Shown here one piece after another: positions 45,709 through 54,197 of a stretch of DNA of 64,000 bases. The stretch covers positions 64,001-128,000 of the forward strand of contig JARVJZ010000002.1 of the NCBI GenBank assembly GCA_029775855.1. The letters are read 5' to 3'. A model generated the notes under the pieces. That model saw nothing but the letters and a program-made list of their open reading frames with translations, did no database searches and was not told where the DNA came from. Each line of letters begins with the position of its first letter. Within the stretch, counting starts at the first letter, position 1. The stretch is from Nitrososphaeria archaeon (GTDB lineage: Archaea > Thermoproteota > Nitrososphaeria > Nitrososphaerales > JAAOZN01). A program made the position numbers and the translations under genes.

Positions 45709-48588
45709 ATGCGGAAAAAATCTTTGAAGAATTTAGCTATCGGATTAGTCGCCATCATACTGCTCTTACCCTCACTAACAGCATCTGTAGCAGCTCAAGC
45801 AGCACCTAAAGGGCCCTATGTGGATAAAATCATCTACTTCCAGCTGCCAAGTGATGAAGAAGCCATAACCAAGATTCAGACAGGCGAAGCACATATGCGG
45901 TGGTGGGGGCTAAGAACTATCGAAGCCGTCAAAAAAGCTCAAGAAGCTGGGTTAAATATACTTGAATCACCATCTGGAGCATACGACATTCTCGTGAACC
46001 CAGTGCCATTCCGTGAAGGTTTCAACCCATTCACTATATCTGAAATCAGAGAAGCCCTCAACTACCTCATAGATAGGTCATTTATAGCTAATGAAATTTT
46101 GAAAGGACTTGCTGTGCCCCGGTGGACACTCCATAGGTCTTTCTCACCGGATTATGCGCGAAACATCGTCTTTATGAAATCCCTTGAATCAAAGTATGCT
46201 TACGACTTCGATAAAGCGAAGATGATTATCTTCGAATCTATGGGCAAAGCTGGTGCAACCTTTGAAGAAGGCAAGTGGATGTATAACGGTAAACCCGTCG
46301 TAATCAAATTCTCCATAAGAGTTGAAGATTTAAGAAGAGCTATAGGTGACTACATTTCATCACAGCTTGAGAAGGTAGGTTTCACAGTAGAGAGAATGTA
46401 TCAGAGGGCTGCAGTGGCATTCGGCATAGTTTACAGCGGTAATCCAGCTGATGGTGCCTGGAACCTATATACTGAGGGCTGGGCTTACACAGGCATATCA
46501 GCCTACGAGGACACAGACGCATACTTCTACTACGTCTCCCCTGGAACAGATGCTGTTCATACTGTGTATAAGCCATCCCCGCTGCTTGTTGATGTAGCTA
46601 CAAAGCTTAATGAGGGGAAGTATGCTGACCTAGATGAGAGAAGTAGATTAGTAAGGTCTGCTAACGAACTCGCATTGAAGGATTCTGTTAGAATCTTTCT
46701 GGTTGACCAGCTGGAGGCATTCCCCTACTCTAAGACATTGCAGATTGGTGTTTCAGACCTATATGCTGGACCCTATGGTGTGCTCTTTGGTAGAAGTATG
46801 AGGTTTGTGGATAAAGTTGGCGGAGAGGCGAAGATAGGTAGCAGAGTCATGTTCGTATCATCTTACCTTGCGATGCCTGGCTCTGGGGGAGGCACAGATA
46901 TAGGCTTCAACTGGCTGTTCGATGGCTTAGTATTCAACAACCTATTTGATCCAGGGGTTTGGGTACATCCGCATACTGGACGCTACATGCCAATACGCAC
47001 CACTTTTAATGTGCAGACTGGCGGAGTAAAGGTGCCTGAAGATGCCTTAACTTGGTCTTGGGAGCAAGGTAAATGGGTTGCAGTAGGCAAGAATGTTACT
47101 GCAAAGAGCAAAGTAACGTTTACAGCAACATTAGGTAAGTGGCACGACGGTGCAAACGTAGGTAAAGAGGATATTATGATGTTCATATATGAAATACTGG
47201 GCATAGCCACTCCAGGAAGCCCAATCCACGACCCAGCAGCGATCTCACCAGCTGTTCAGACATTCACTAACACCTTTAAAGGTGTAAAGTGGCTTAGCGA
47301 CAACGTCTACGAGATATACTTAGACTACACACATCCTGATGAGACATTCATAGCAGCCCAAGCTGATGTCTTCCCCTTCATGCCTTGGCAAGTATATGCT
47401 TTAGTAAACGCCCTTTACCAAGATAAGAAAGCTGCTTTCTCAGAGACCACAGCTACAGAGCTTGGTGTGACACAAATAGATCTAACTAAAGGCGACACGC
47501 TTCCTCTACTAAAAGAATACTTCAGCAAGATGGCACCTTCATACATTCATCCAGCTGTGAAGGACTTTGTGAAGGATGCGTCTTCAAGATGGAATTCACT
47601 TAAAGCCTTCTCAGACAAATATGGACACTACCTTGTTATGAGTGGCCCATTCTTTATAGAGAGAGTTGACCCAGTAGCAGCCCAAGTAATCTTAGCAGCC
47701 TTCAGAGACTACCCCTACACTGCTGACAAGTGGGATTACCTACTTAAACCGAGGGTTCCAACCATAGGCGTCGAAGTTCCTAATGAGGTAGTTCCAGGAT
47801 TACCGGCGCTTATAAATGTGACGAGCAGAGTTGAAGGAAAGCCTTACAGTGATGTTAACGTGCAGTATGTCCTTGAAGACCCAAACGGGGTTGTAGTAGA
47901 GTCAGGCTTGGCTTCTGCTAAGGGAGCGGGTGTCTTTACAGTAGAGTTCAGCAAGGAAGTTACTAGTAAACTTACATCTGGCATCTATAAGCTTACAATT
48001 ATAGGTGTTGGTGCAGAAGCAGCCTTAGCAGCGGTTAAAACAGCGCCTATCAACGTCATACCCCAACTCGAATATATACTCAGAGAAGTTGGTGGCGTTA
48101 GGGAAGATATATCGAAGAAGCTTGAAAGTGAAATCACAAGCGTCCAAGAAAGCATATCGAAGAAACTCGAGAGCGAAATTACGAGCGTTCAAGGCGGCAT
48201 ATCAAAGCAGCTTGAGAGCGTGCAAGCAGGCATAGCTGATGCTCTTAAGACCGTAGCTGTAGGAGTTGATAAGATGGGCACATCTCTAACAGAGTCAGTT
48301 AAAGTCGTTGCCACTGGGTTGGACAAGACAAACACCGCTGTGACAGAGGTTAGAACAGCGCTATCAGATGTTAAATCTGCTGTTGCAGATCTAAAGAGCA
48401 CTCAGACAACAAGTAGTCAGAGGCTAGAGAGCTCAATAGCTTCTCTTGAGGACAGCATAAACTCACTCACATCAAGTATACTTCAAATTTCAACATATGT
48501 CACAATAGCTATAGGTGTGGCGGTGGTAGCGATAGTGGTGGCAATAGTAGTTCCACTAGCCGTCTTAAGGTCAAGGAAGACAGGCTAA
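45709..48588 (+). CDS. family-5 ABC substrate-binding protein with an Ig-like domain, coiled-coil stalk and C-terminal TM anchor
   Basis: Signal peptide, IREALNYLIDR and KWHDG motifs; divergent from the opp permeases. Confidence 0.88.
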   Translation: MRKKSLKNLAIGLVAIILLLPSLTASVAAQAAPKGPYVDKIIYFQLPSDEEAITKIQTGEAHMRWWGLRTIEAVKKAQEAGLNILESPSGAYDILVNPVPFREGFNPFTISEIREALNYLIDRSFIANEILKGLAVPRWTLHRSFSPDYARNIVFMKSLESKYAYDFDKAKMIIFESMGKAGATFEEGKWMYNGKPVVIKFSIRVEDLRRAIGDYISSQLEKVGFTVERMYQRAAVAFGIVYSGNPADGAWNLYTEGWAYTGISAYEDTDAYFYYVSPGTDAVHTVYKPSPLLVDVATKLNEGKYADLDERSRLVRSANELALKDSVRIFLVDQLEAFPYSKTLQIGVSDLYAGPYGVLFGRSMRFVDKVGGEAKIGSRVMFVSSYLAMPGSGGGTDIGFNWLFDGLVFNNLFDPGVWVHPHTGRYMPIRTTFNVQTGGVKVPEDALTWSWEQGKWVAVGKNVTAKSKVTFTATLGKWHDGANVGKEDIMMFIYEILGIATPGSPIHDPAAISPAVQTFTNTFKGVKWLSDNVYEIYLDYTHPDETFIAAQADVFPFMPWQVYALVNALYQDKKAAFSETTATELGVTQIDLTKGDTLPLLKEYFSKMAPSYIHPAVKDFVKDASSRWNSLKAFSDKYGHYLVMSGPFFIERVDPVAAQVILAAFRDYPYTADKWDYLLKPRVPTIGVEVPNEVVPGLPALINVTSRVEGKPYSDVNVQYVLEDPNGVVVESGLASAKGAGVFTVEFSKEVTSKLTSGIYKLTIIGVGAEAALAAVKTAPINVIPQLEYILREVGGVREDISKKLESEITSVQESISKKLESEITSVQGGISKQLESVQAGIADALKTVAVGVDKMGTSLTESVKVVATGLDKTNTAVTEVRTALSDVKSAVADLKSTQTTSSQRLESSIASLEDSINSLTSSILQISTYVTIAIGVAVVAIVVAIVVPLAVLRSRKTG
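48109..48231 (+). repeat. 45-nt (15-aa) coding tandem repeat: two full copies plus one shortened copy
   Basis: ISKKLESEITSVQES / ISKKLESEITSVQGG / ISKQLESVQAG starting at 48109, 48154 and 48199. Confidence 0.85.
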
Positions 48589-48595
48589 CCTCCAC

Positions 48596-48609
48596 TTCTT
48601 TTTCTTTTT
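48596..48609 (+). terminator. oligo-T terminator after the SBP gene
   Basis: TTCTTTTTCTTTTT starting 8 nt after the stop. Confidence 0.5.
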
Positions 48610-48672
48610 GATAAAAATATATACGGAAAATTATGGTGGGGCCGGCGAGATTTGAACTCGCGGTCGCCAGCG

Positions 48673-48685
48673 TTCTAGCCTTAGC
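48673..48685 (-). other. canonical 37/38 tRNA intron (13 nt)
   Basis: GCUAAGGCUAGAA; central helix CUGG/CUAG; bulges GG^G and AA^C. Confidence 0.85.
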
Positions 48686-48692
48686 CCCCAGG

Positions 48693-48708
48693 CTCACCGG
48701 CTCAGCCT
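48693..48708 (-). other. non-canonical 30/31 tRNA intron (16 nt)
   Basis: AGGCUGAGCCGGUGAG; folds as UACC-AG^A-GGC(UGA)GCC-GGUG-AG^C. Confidence 0.82.
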
Positions 48709-48868
48709 CTGGTATCCTTGACCAAACTAGACGACGGCCCCCGTGGTTCCTTGGCTAGTGTGGTAGTTTTTAATATTATCTATCTTTACGCTCAGTTTTC
48801 CGTCAACCGATTAGATAAAGATTCTTTGGGAACGTGGTGGCAGTTCCGTACAGCAAAGAAATGATTGT

Positions 48869-49204
48869 TCATATCTCGTTGATTTCAGTTATGAACCTCA
48901 TATACCATTCTTTAAACTCTTTTGTTGAAGCGATATGCAGTTCTATTGGTGCATATAGACCAACGGTTCTCAGTATGTTCGCCTTTAACTCCGCTCTTCT
49001 ATCTTTATCTATGTTATCGCAAACTATGAGTATATCTACGTCGCTTGATGCTGTGAATCTACCTTTTAGGACTGAGCCAAATACGTATATTCTTGCATCT
49101 TTGTAATCATTTCTGACAATTTCCTTGACTTTTGCTGCTAACTCTCTGTATTTAGTCAAGAGCTCTAATCGCTCCTTACCCGAATTTATATATTGCTTAA
49201 ACAT
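48869..49204 (-). CDS. minimal nucleotidyltransferase (MNT) antitoxin-family protein
   Basis: YVFGSVLKG...SDVDILIV and PIELH motifs. Confidence 0.9.
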   Translation of the reverse strand: MFKQYINSGKERLELLTKYRELAAKVKEIVRNDYKDARIYVFGSVLKGRFTASSDVDILIVCDNIDKDRRAELKANILRTVGLYAPIELHIASTKEFKEWYMRFITEINEI

Positions 49205-49579
49205 CTTCGACTACATCTTTGAATTTTTCGGCGAAGGCGATAAGCTGCTCAACTTCCTTCTTCTCATACCTCCTTGGAATATATCGTGAGATAATATAAA
49301 CGTCTTCCATCTTCGTCAGCAGTAGAATTTCTGAGTCTATAAAGGAGGCTAAATTTTTTCTGGGTAAGCAGCATCGAGTTCTCTTAATATCCTTATAAGC
49401 GAATATGTCCTTGGGTATGTTCCGGTCCTTATCAATAGTTTATATTTTAACAGAAGTTGACAAAACTGTTCTAGATTAAAAGCTGCTAAATCATACTCTT
49501 TCTCCTCGAAGAGCCGTTTAGCGTTTCTTAAGAAAGAGTAGGCTCTTTCTCTTAACACCTCTGCTTCATCTATAGACAA
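49197..49579 (-). pseudogene. HEPN-domain gene, frameshifted in an A6 run at about 49354-49359
   Basis: The 5' part ends PEKI*. The -1 frame continues NLASFIDSEILLLTKMEDVYIISRYIPRRYEKKEV...VVEDV* and overlaps the MNT start. Confidence 0.8.
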
Positions 49580-49622
49580 ACCGCTGAAGGAGGGTTGTCC
49601 ATGCTTTTAAATTTGATGCATT

Positions 49623-50402
49623 CTAGAGGGTGTGTTTAGTAGCCTTTACCAGCTTTAACTGTTCGAGGAGTTGGTGATAGGCGTTTTGGCTTGCCTTCTG
49701 CTTTTTATAGTATCGTATCGCTTCGATGATAATATCTTGGTTTTTGAGATTTAGAATTCGTCTAGCTTTATTTGCTACCGGTCCTCCGACGAATAGGTAT
49801 TGTGCTGCAGATGTTAGGTTTCTTACAGCACGCTCTGTAGAGGCTGATTCGAAGTCTATTATTTCAACCCTATCTGCTACTAAAACGTGTTTGTTTAGGT
49901 TGCTTAGCTCGCCGTGATCTAAGCCTGCTTGGTCTAGTCTCCAACATTTATCAAGTAAGTTTTTACATACGCTTCTCAGCTTTGAAGCTGCGCCTCTTCC
50001 CTTTAGATCTTTAACCCATTGAGGTAAGTTTATGCCTTTTATCAGCTCCATCAATATGAAGTTGTCGCTATACTTGTAGAGTTTGGGGCCTACATCTAGT
50101 TTGTTTGCTGCTGTGAGTAGCTCTGCTTCTCGATTTAGGTTCGGTCTGTTTGCGTCTATTCGTCTGATCTTTAAGGCTGCTTCACCTTGTTCCCATTTTG
50201 CTATCACTACTATGCTTACGCAACCCTTACCTAAGACTTTAAGACCAGAGATTTCAACCCTACCATCTAAAATTATCTCTTTCACACCAAGATCTTTGAG
50301 CTCCTTTAGACGGAGTTGAATCTGTGGTGGTGTAGGGTTTGGGTAGCATAGTATGTTTGAGTAAGGTGCTTCTGCTAAGGCTTCAAGCTGAATTGAATAC
50401 AA
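49623..50402 (-). CDS. archaeal Ser/Thr protein kinase-like protein (COG2112-type)
   Basis: LGKGCVSIV, ALKIRR, LDHGELS and IIDFESAS motifs. Confidence 0.85.
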   Translation of the reverse strand: MYSIQLEALAEAPYSNILCYPNPTPPQIQLRLKELKDLGVKEIILDGRVEISGLKVLGKGCVSIVVIAKWEQGEAALKIRRIDANRPNLNREAELLTAANKLDVGPKLYKYSDNFILMELIKGINLPQWVKDLKGRGAASKLRSVCKNLLDKCWRLDQAGLDHGELSNLNKHVLVADRVEIIDFESASTERAVRNLTSAAQYLFVGGPVANKARRILNLKNQDIIIEAIRYYKKQKASQNAYHQLLEQLKLVKATKHTL

Positions 50403-51777
50403 GTTGGTCTGTGGATACGAATTTATGCACCTCCTTCCTAAGCCAAGATATGTTTTCTACAGCATCAAGCGCTTCTTTGCCGGTTAGGATAGTGGTGGAT
50501 GTCTTAAGCGCTTCTCTTAAGCCTTCTGATACACCAAGTTCCTTTGGGTTTTTTAATATGCTACTTAACACATCTACTATGTCTCTCTGAACTCTTTCTT
50601 GTAGACTTACTATCCTACCATCCTCAGTGAACCATGTTGCGGTTGAGCGGTTTAGATTCTTCTCGATGAAGCGCGCAGTATCTTCCTTACGATACACCTC
50701 TGGACCTACCTTAAGCACATAGTTTGGTAGGGTTGTAGATTCTGTTAGTAGGAGAATAGCGCTTTCATCCTTCTCACTGCTAGCTTCAGATACCTTCAAA
50801 ATCTCAAATCCCCTTATCTCCAGCTGCTTCCTTATTGCTTCTGAGGTTTTGTGAAGTTGACCCCAGATTATATCTGGGCTTCTTGGTTTATGCTTAAATT
50901 TAAGTAGTATAAGATTGTCTAAAATCTTTTTAAGTATATGTGAAGTTTCTTGGTTTGCATCTGGTATTTTGAAATATTCTACTCTAGGTTTTTTCAAGAA
51001 GCTGCGCGCAGATAAGATAAGGGTTGCGAGGCTCTCTTCCGATACCGCAGCTCCGAGGTTGCGCTCCGGGTCAACAGGATCAAGTATTATAATCGGGTTT
51101 TGAAATCTTAGTCTCACGTCTGCTGGAACCTCGCCTAAGCTGATTATACTACCCCGCTCAAAATTTGAGAACGCAGTTAAGGTGTTTATGAAGCTTTGGT
51201 ATTTGAGGATTAAGACTTCACATACATACCCGCTAAAGCCTTTAGTTTTAACTTCAGCGCCATAGATGTTTCTTGCTTTAAGAAACTTTTTGAGAAGCCT
51301 AACATCAGCTTTTAACTCCTCTTTAAGATGCTCCTTTACGTATTCTGTGTGGTAAGGCGAGCGGTCTGCAGCGCTTATCCACCGCCTTGGCTCAACATCA
51401 AAGCAAGGAACTACATTAACACGTATACCGTTGACGAAGCCTTCTAGATAGGGATGCTCTGAGTATCTTACAAGTGTTGGGTATCCCGCTAAGGTTTCTT
51501 CAGCCATATCCATAGATAAGCGTTTAAATTCTTCTTGGCCTATTTTGGTTGGAAACTTTAAGAAGAGGTCTATGTCGCAGTCTCCTTTAAGCCACGTGTC
51601 TTTAGCGTATGATCCTCCTATTACAGCTTTCCCCTCGATCTTTCTCTTCGCTATAACTTCTGAAGCTTTTTGGAGAATTTCTTGGGCTACCTTTGCTACT
51701 CTTTTGCGTTCTTCTTCGTCTGGCTCACAAAGTTTGCGTGCTTCGACGAGTATATCATCGAGCATAGTGTGCATCAA
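50383..51777 (-). CDS. cca: class I CCA-adding enzyme
   Basis: GGSYAKDTWL..DIDLF, SAADRSPYH, GFSGY and DPVDPERN motifs. Confidence 0.95.
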   Translation of the reverse strand: MMHTMLDDILVEARKLCEPDEEERKRVAKVAQEILQKASEVIAKRKIEGKAVIGGSYAKDTWLKGDCDIDLFLKFPTKIGQEEFKRLSMDMAEETLAGYPTLVRYSEHPYLEGFVNGIRVNVVPCFDVEPRRWISAADRSPYHTEYVKEHLKEELKADVRLLKKFLKARNIYGAEVKTKGFSGYVCEVLILKYQSFINTLTAFSNFERGSIISLGEVPADVRLRFQNPIIILDPVDPERNLGAAVSEESLATLILSARSFLKKPRVEYFKIPDANQETSHILKKILDNLILLKFKHKPRSPDIIWGQLHKTSEAIRKQLEIRGFEILKVSEASSEKDESAILLLTESTTLPNYVLKVGPEVYRKEDTARFIEKNLNRSTATWFTEDGRIVSLQERVQRDIVDVLSSILKNPKELGVSEGLREALKTSTTILTGKEALDAVENISWLRKEVHKFVSTDQLVFNSA

Positions 51778-52337
51778 CCTACTAGATTCTTCACATAAAG
51801 ATCGGTGTAGATTGGTCCCTTGGGCGTTAAGTCGCTTTTTTTGAGCTTAATTTGAGTAAGAAGGTCTTCGCCGAAGACTGTGTCGAGGTTGGAGTTTATG
51901 AGCTTTATTAGCGCTTCTTTGTTCCTCCCACTTTTAACCCTAGCTACTGTTAAATGTGGTGTAAAGGGTTTATGGTCGCCAACTTTAAGGTGAGCTATCT
52001 TAGATTCGACTATTTCAGCAAGATTACTTAAAAGCGCCCCACCCTCCCTATCTGAACCAACCCACAAGACATTCGGGCGCCATATCGAGGGAAAAGCGCC
52101 TACACCTTGATACACAACCTTAATCTGAGGCGCATCTATTTCTGAAAGGGCTTCCTTTACCTTTAAAATCAAGTTAGCATCTACTTCGCCTAAAAATTTT
52201 AAAGTAAAATGAAGGTTTTGGGGTTCAACAAGTTTAACATCAGCCCCGGTTTCAACGATAGCTCTCTGTAGTGCGGTCAACTTAGCTAAAGCATCTTTAT
52301 TCTCTAAGTCAACGGCTATGAAGACCCTCATCACCAT
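51774..52337 (-). CDS. thpR: RNA 2',3'-cyclic phosphodiesterase / 2'-5' RNA ligase (2H family)
   Basis: HFTLKFLGE and PHLTVARVK 2H motifs. Confidence 0.92.
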   Translation of the reverse strand: MVMRVFIAVDLENKDALAKLTALQRAIVETGADVKLVEPQNLHFTLKFLGEVDANLILKVKEALSEIDAPQIKVVYQGVGAFPSIWRPNVLWVGSDREGGALLSNLAEIVESKIAHLKVGDHKPFTPHLTVARVKSGRNKEALIKLINSNLDTVFGEDLLTQIKLKKSDLTPKGPIYTDLYVKNLVG

Positions 52338-52381
52338 ACTTCTAGGTAAACGGTGATTAAAAGGAATCTCTATTAAGAAGT

Positions 52382-52978
52382 TTGAGGAGAGGTGAATATG
52401 TAAGGTTGCGTAAAGAGAGGTTGGCTGTGTGTATAGTTGGTATGCCTGGTTCTGGTAAGACTACTGTAGCAGATATGTTGGGTCTGCTTGGGTTTAAGAT
52501 CGTCACGCTGGGTGATATCGTTAGAATGGAGGTTTCTAGAAGGGGGTTGCTTCCTACAGATGATAATTTAGGTAAAGTAATGCGTGAAATACGAATAGAG
52601 GAAGGGAGAGGAGCTGTGGCAAAATTAGCTCTAAATAGCATAAAAGAGGCGGGCAGACTCTGTGTGGTCGATGGAGTAAGGTGCCTAGAAGAAGTCGATA
52701 TCATAGGCAGCGTCGCCGAAACGAAACTGCTTGCCATACACGCTTCACCACAAATAAGGTTCAAAAGGATATGCATCAGAAACCGAAGCGATATACCAGC
52801 AGACTTCGAGAAGTTTAAAGAGAGGGATAAAAGGGAACTTGAAGTGGGTTTGGGAGAGGCAATAGCCTTAGCTGATGAAGTGATTTCAAACAACGATTTA
52901 ACTAAAGATGAGTTAAGGAAAGGAGTGTTAGCCATCGTTGGAAAATGGTTGAACGAATTTGAAGATAGAGCCGCTTAA
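52382..52978 (+). CDS. UPF0200/dephospho-CoA kinase-like P-loop kinase
   Basis: GMPGSGKT, VVDGVR and RDKREL motifs. Confidence 0.85.
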   Translation: MRRGEYVRLRKERLAVCIVGMPGSGKTTVADMLGLLGFKIVTLGDIVRMEVSRRGLLPTDDNLGKVMREIRIEEGRGAVAKLALNSIKEAGRLCVVDGVRCLEEVDIIGSVAETKLLAIHASPQIRFKRICIRNRSDIPADFEKFKERDKRELEVGLGEAIALADEVISNNDLTKDELRKGVLAIVGKWLNEFEDRAA

Positions 52979-53360
52979 CACACAAATCCAGATTTCTTAT
53001 GTAGCTGAGATTATGAAGACAGAAGATCCTGAGAAGGTTAAAAGGGCTGTGCTGAACATCCTACCAAACATTGAAATTAGAGAAGCAAACAATACAATTA
53101 CAGGAGAGAGCTCAGACCCGATGTGCCTAAGAGTGCTTTATGAGCAGATAAGAGCGCGTAGGATAGCTGGTGTTGTGAGAAGGCTCTACGAAGAGCATCT
53201 AGTAGGCAATAAAAGCTGGCTTTATTTTAACAAGCAAGCCGCTTATGTCGGCTCGGTGGTTGTGTGTGAAGATCCGTCTGAGTCACCTTTAGGTCCAATT
53301 AAGGTGTTTTTTGAATGTGAGGATAAAGATATCTTTTTAGATTGGCTTGCACCTTGGTGA
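52959..53360 (+). CDS. UPF0201 (DUF54) putative RNA-binding protein
   Basis: TEDPEKVKRAV, FNKQAA and ESPLGPI motifs. Confidence 0.85.
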   Translation: MKIEPLNTQIQISYVAEIMKTEDPEKVKRAVLNILPNIEIREANNTITGESSDPMCLRVLYEQIRARRIAGVVRRLYEEHLVGNKSWLYFNKQAAYVGSVVVCEDPSESPLGPIKVFFECEDKDIFLDWLAPW

Positions 53361-53366
53361 AGAGCT

Positions 53367-54197
53367 TTGGTTTCAGCTGGTGTTTCTACACTCTACCTTA
53401 TCCATATGAGAGAGCCTTTTGAAGCTGTTGAGCGTGAAATCCTTTTTGAGAGAGAAGATGCTGAGAAGCCAGACCTATGGGAGGTTGTGGATAGTGAGCA
53501 TCACGCCTTAGATAAGAAGAGGATAAACAGCTTAAAGGAGCTGGTAAGTGTGGGTTTTAAATTAACAATACACTGCCCTTACGACCCTTGGATCAACATA
53601 GCAGACAGAGAGCCAAGTCGAAGAAGGCAGTCAATCACAAGGATCAAAGGTTCAATAGATGCAGCCGCAGAGCTAGAGGCAAAATCCTTCAACTTACACC
53701 CCGGAGGATACAGAGGCTTTAACGAAGATAGAAAGAGGCTAAGCATAATCAACTGTGAAGCGATAGCCAGTCTACACGACTACGCATCGTCAAGAGGCAT
53801 ATTCTTAAGCTTAGAAAACATGCCACCGAACCAAGACTACTTTATGGTGGCTCCAGAAGAGTTCCTAGAATTAAAGGAGAAAAGCGGCATAGATCTGAAG
53901 GTAACCTTTGACCCTGGGCACGCTAATCTAGCTGGGTTTATTGACGATTTCCTTAACACTCTATCGAAGCATATTTTAGAGGTGCATGTGCACGATAACA
54001 GAGGAGAGTTAGATGAGCATCTTGAAGTTGGGCTCGGCTCTGTAAATTGGACGAAGATATTCACAGAACTAGCCGCTAAGGAGCAGCGAGTCAATTATGT
54101 GCTCGAAACTTATAATCAGCCTTTTAAGAGCCTTGCTTGGATTAAGCAGCAACTCTCTGCTCTTGAGAAGCGGTTTAGGTTCACTCGGGGTATTTAA
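53367..54197 (+). CDS. xylose isomerase-like/AP endonuclease 2 TIM-barrel protein
   Basis: LHPG, LENMP, FDPGHA and HVHDNRG..DEHL motifs. Confidence 0.85.
   Translation: MVSAGVSTLYLIHMREPFEAVEREILFEREDAEKPDLWEVVDSEHHALDKKRINSLKELVSVGFKLTIHCPYDPWINIADREPSRRRQSITRIKGSIDAAAELEAKSFNLHPGGYRGFNEDRKRLSIINCEAIASLHDYASSRGIFLSLENMPPNQDYFMVAPEEFLELKEKSGIDLKVTFDPGHANLAGFIDDFLNTLSKHILEVHVHDNRGELDEHLEVGLGSVNWTKIFTELAAKEQRVNYVLETYNQPFKSLAWIKQQLSALEKRFRFTRGI

Larger units (their letters stand above)
48634..48741 (-). tRNA. tRNA-Pro(GGG) with two introns (30/31 and 37/38) and encoded CCA
   Basis: Acceptor GGGGCCG/CGGCCCC-ACCA; T arm GCGAG-TTCAAAT-CTCGC; after splicing the anticodon arm is CCAGC-CU-GGG-GC-GCUGG; mature length 79 nt. 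Confidence 0.93.

Noticed and set aside
46867-46901. BHB-like hairpin (UGCCU...AGGCA) in the SBP gene as a second mRNA intron
   Set aside because: The central helix has only 3 of 4 pairs, excision of 28 nt would break the frame, and the ORF is already open.
49351-49360. Programmed -1 frameshift in the HEPN gene
   Set aside because: The codon phase GAA AAA ATT is not a canonical X XXY YYZ heptamer, I see no stimulatory structure, and the additional His-to-Tyr change suggests decay.
48634-49620. Integrated element at tRNA-Pro
   Set aside because: No integrase and no duplicated tRNA end (att site) seen in the window.
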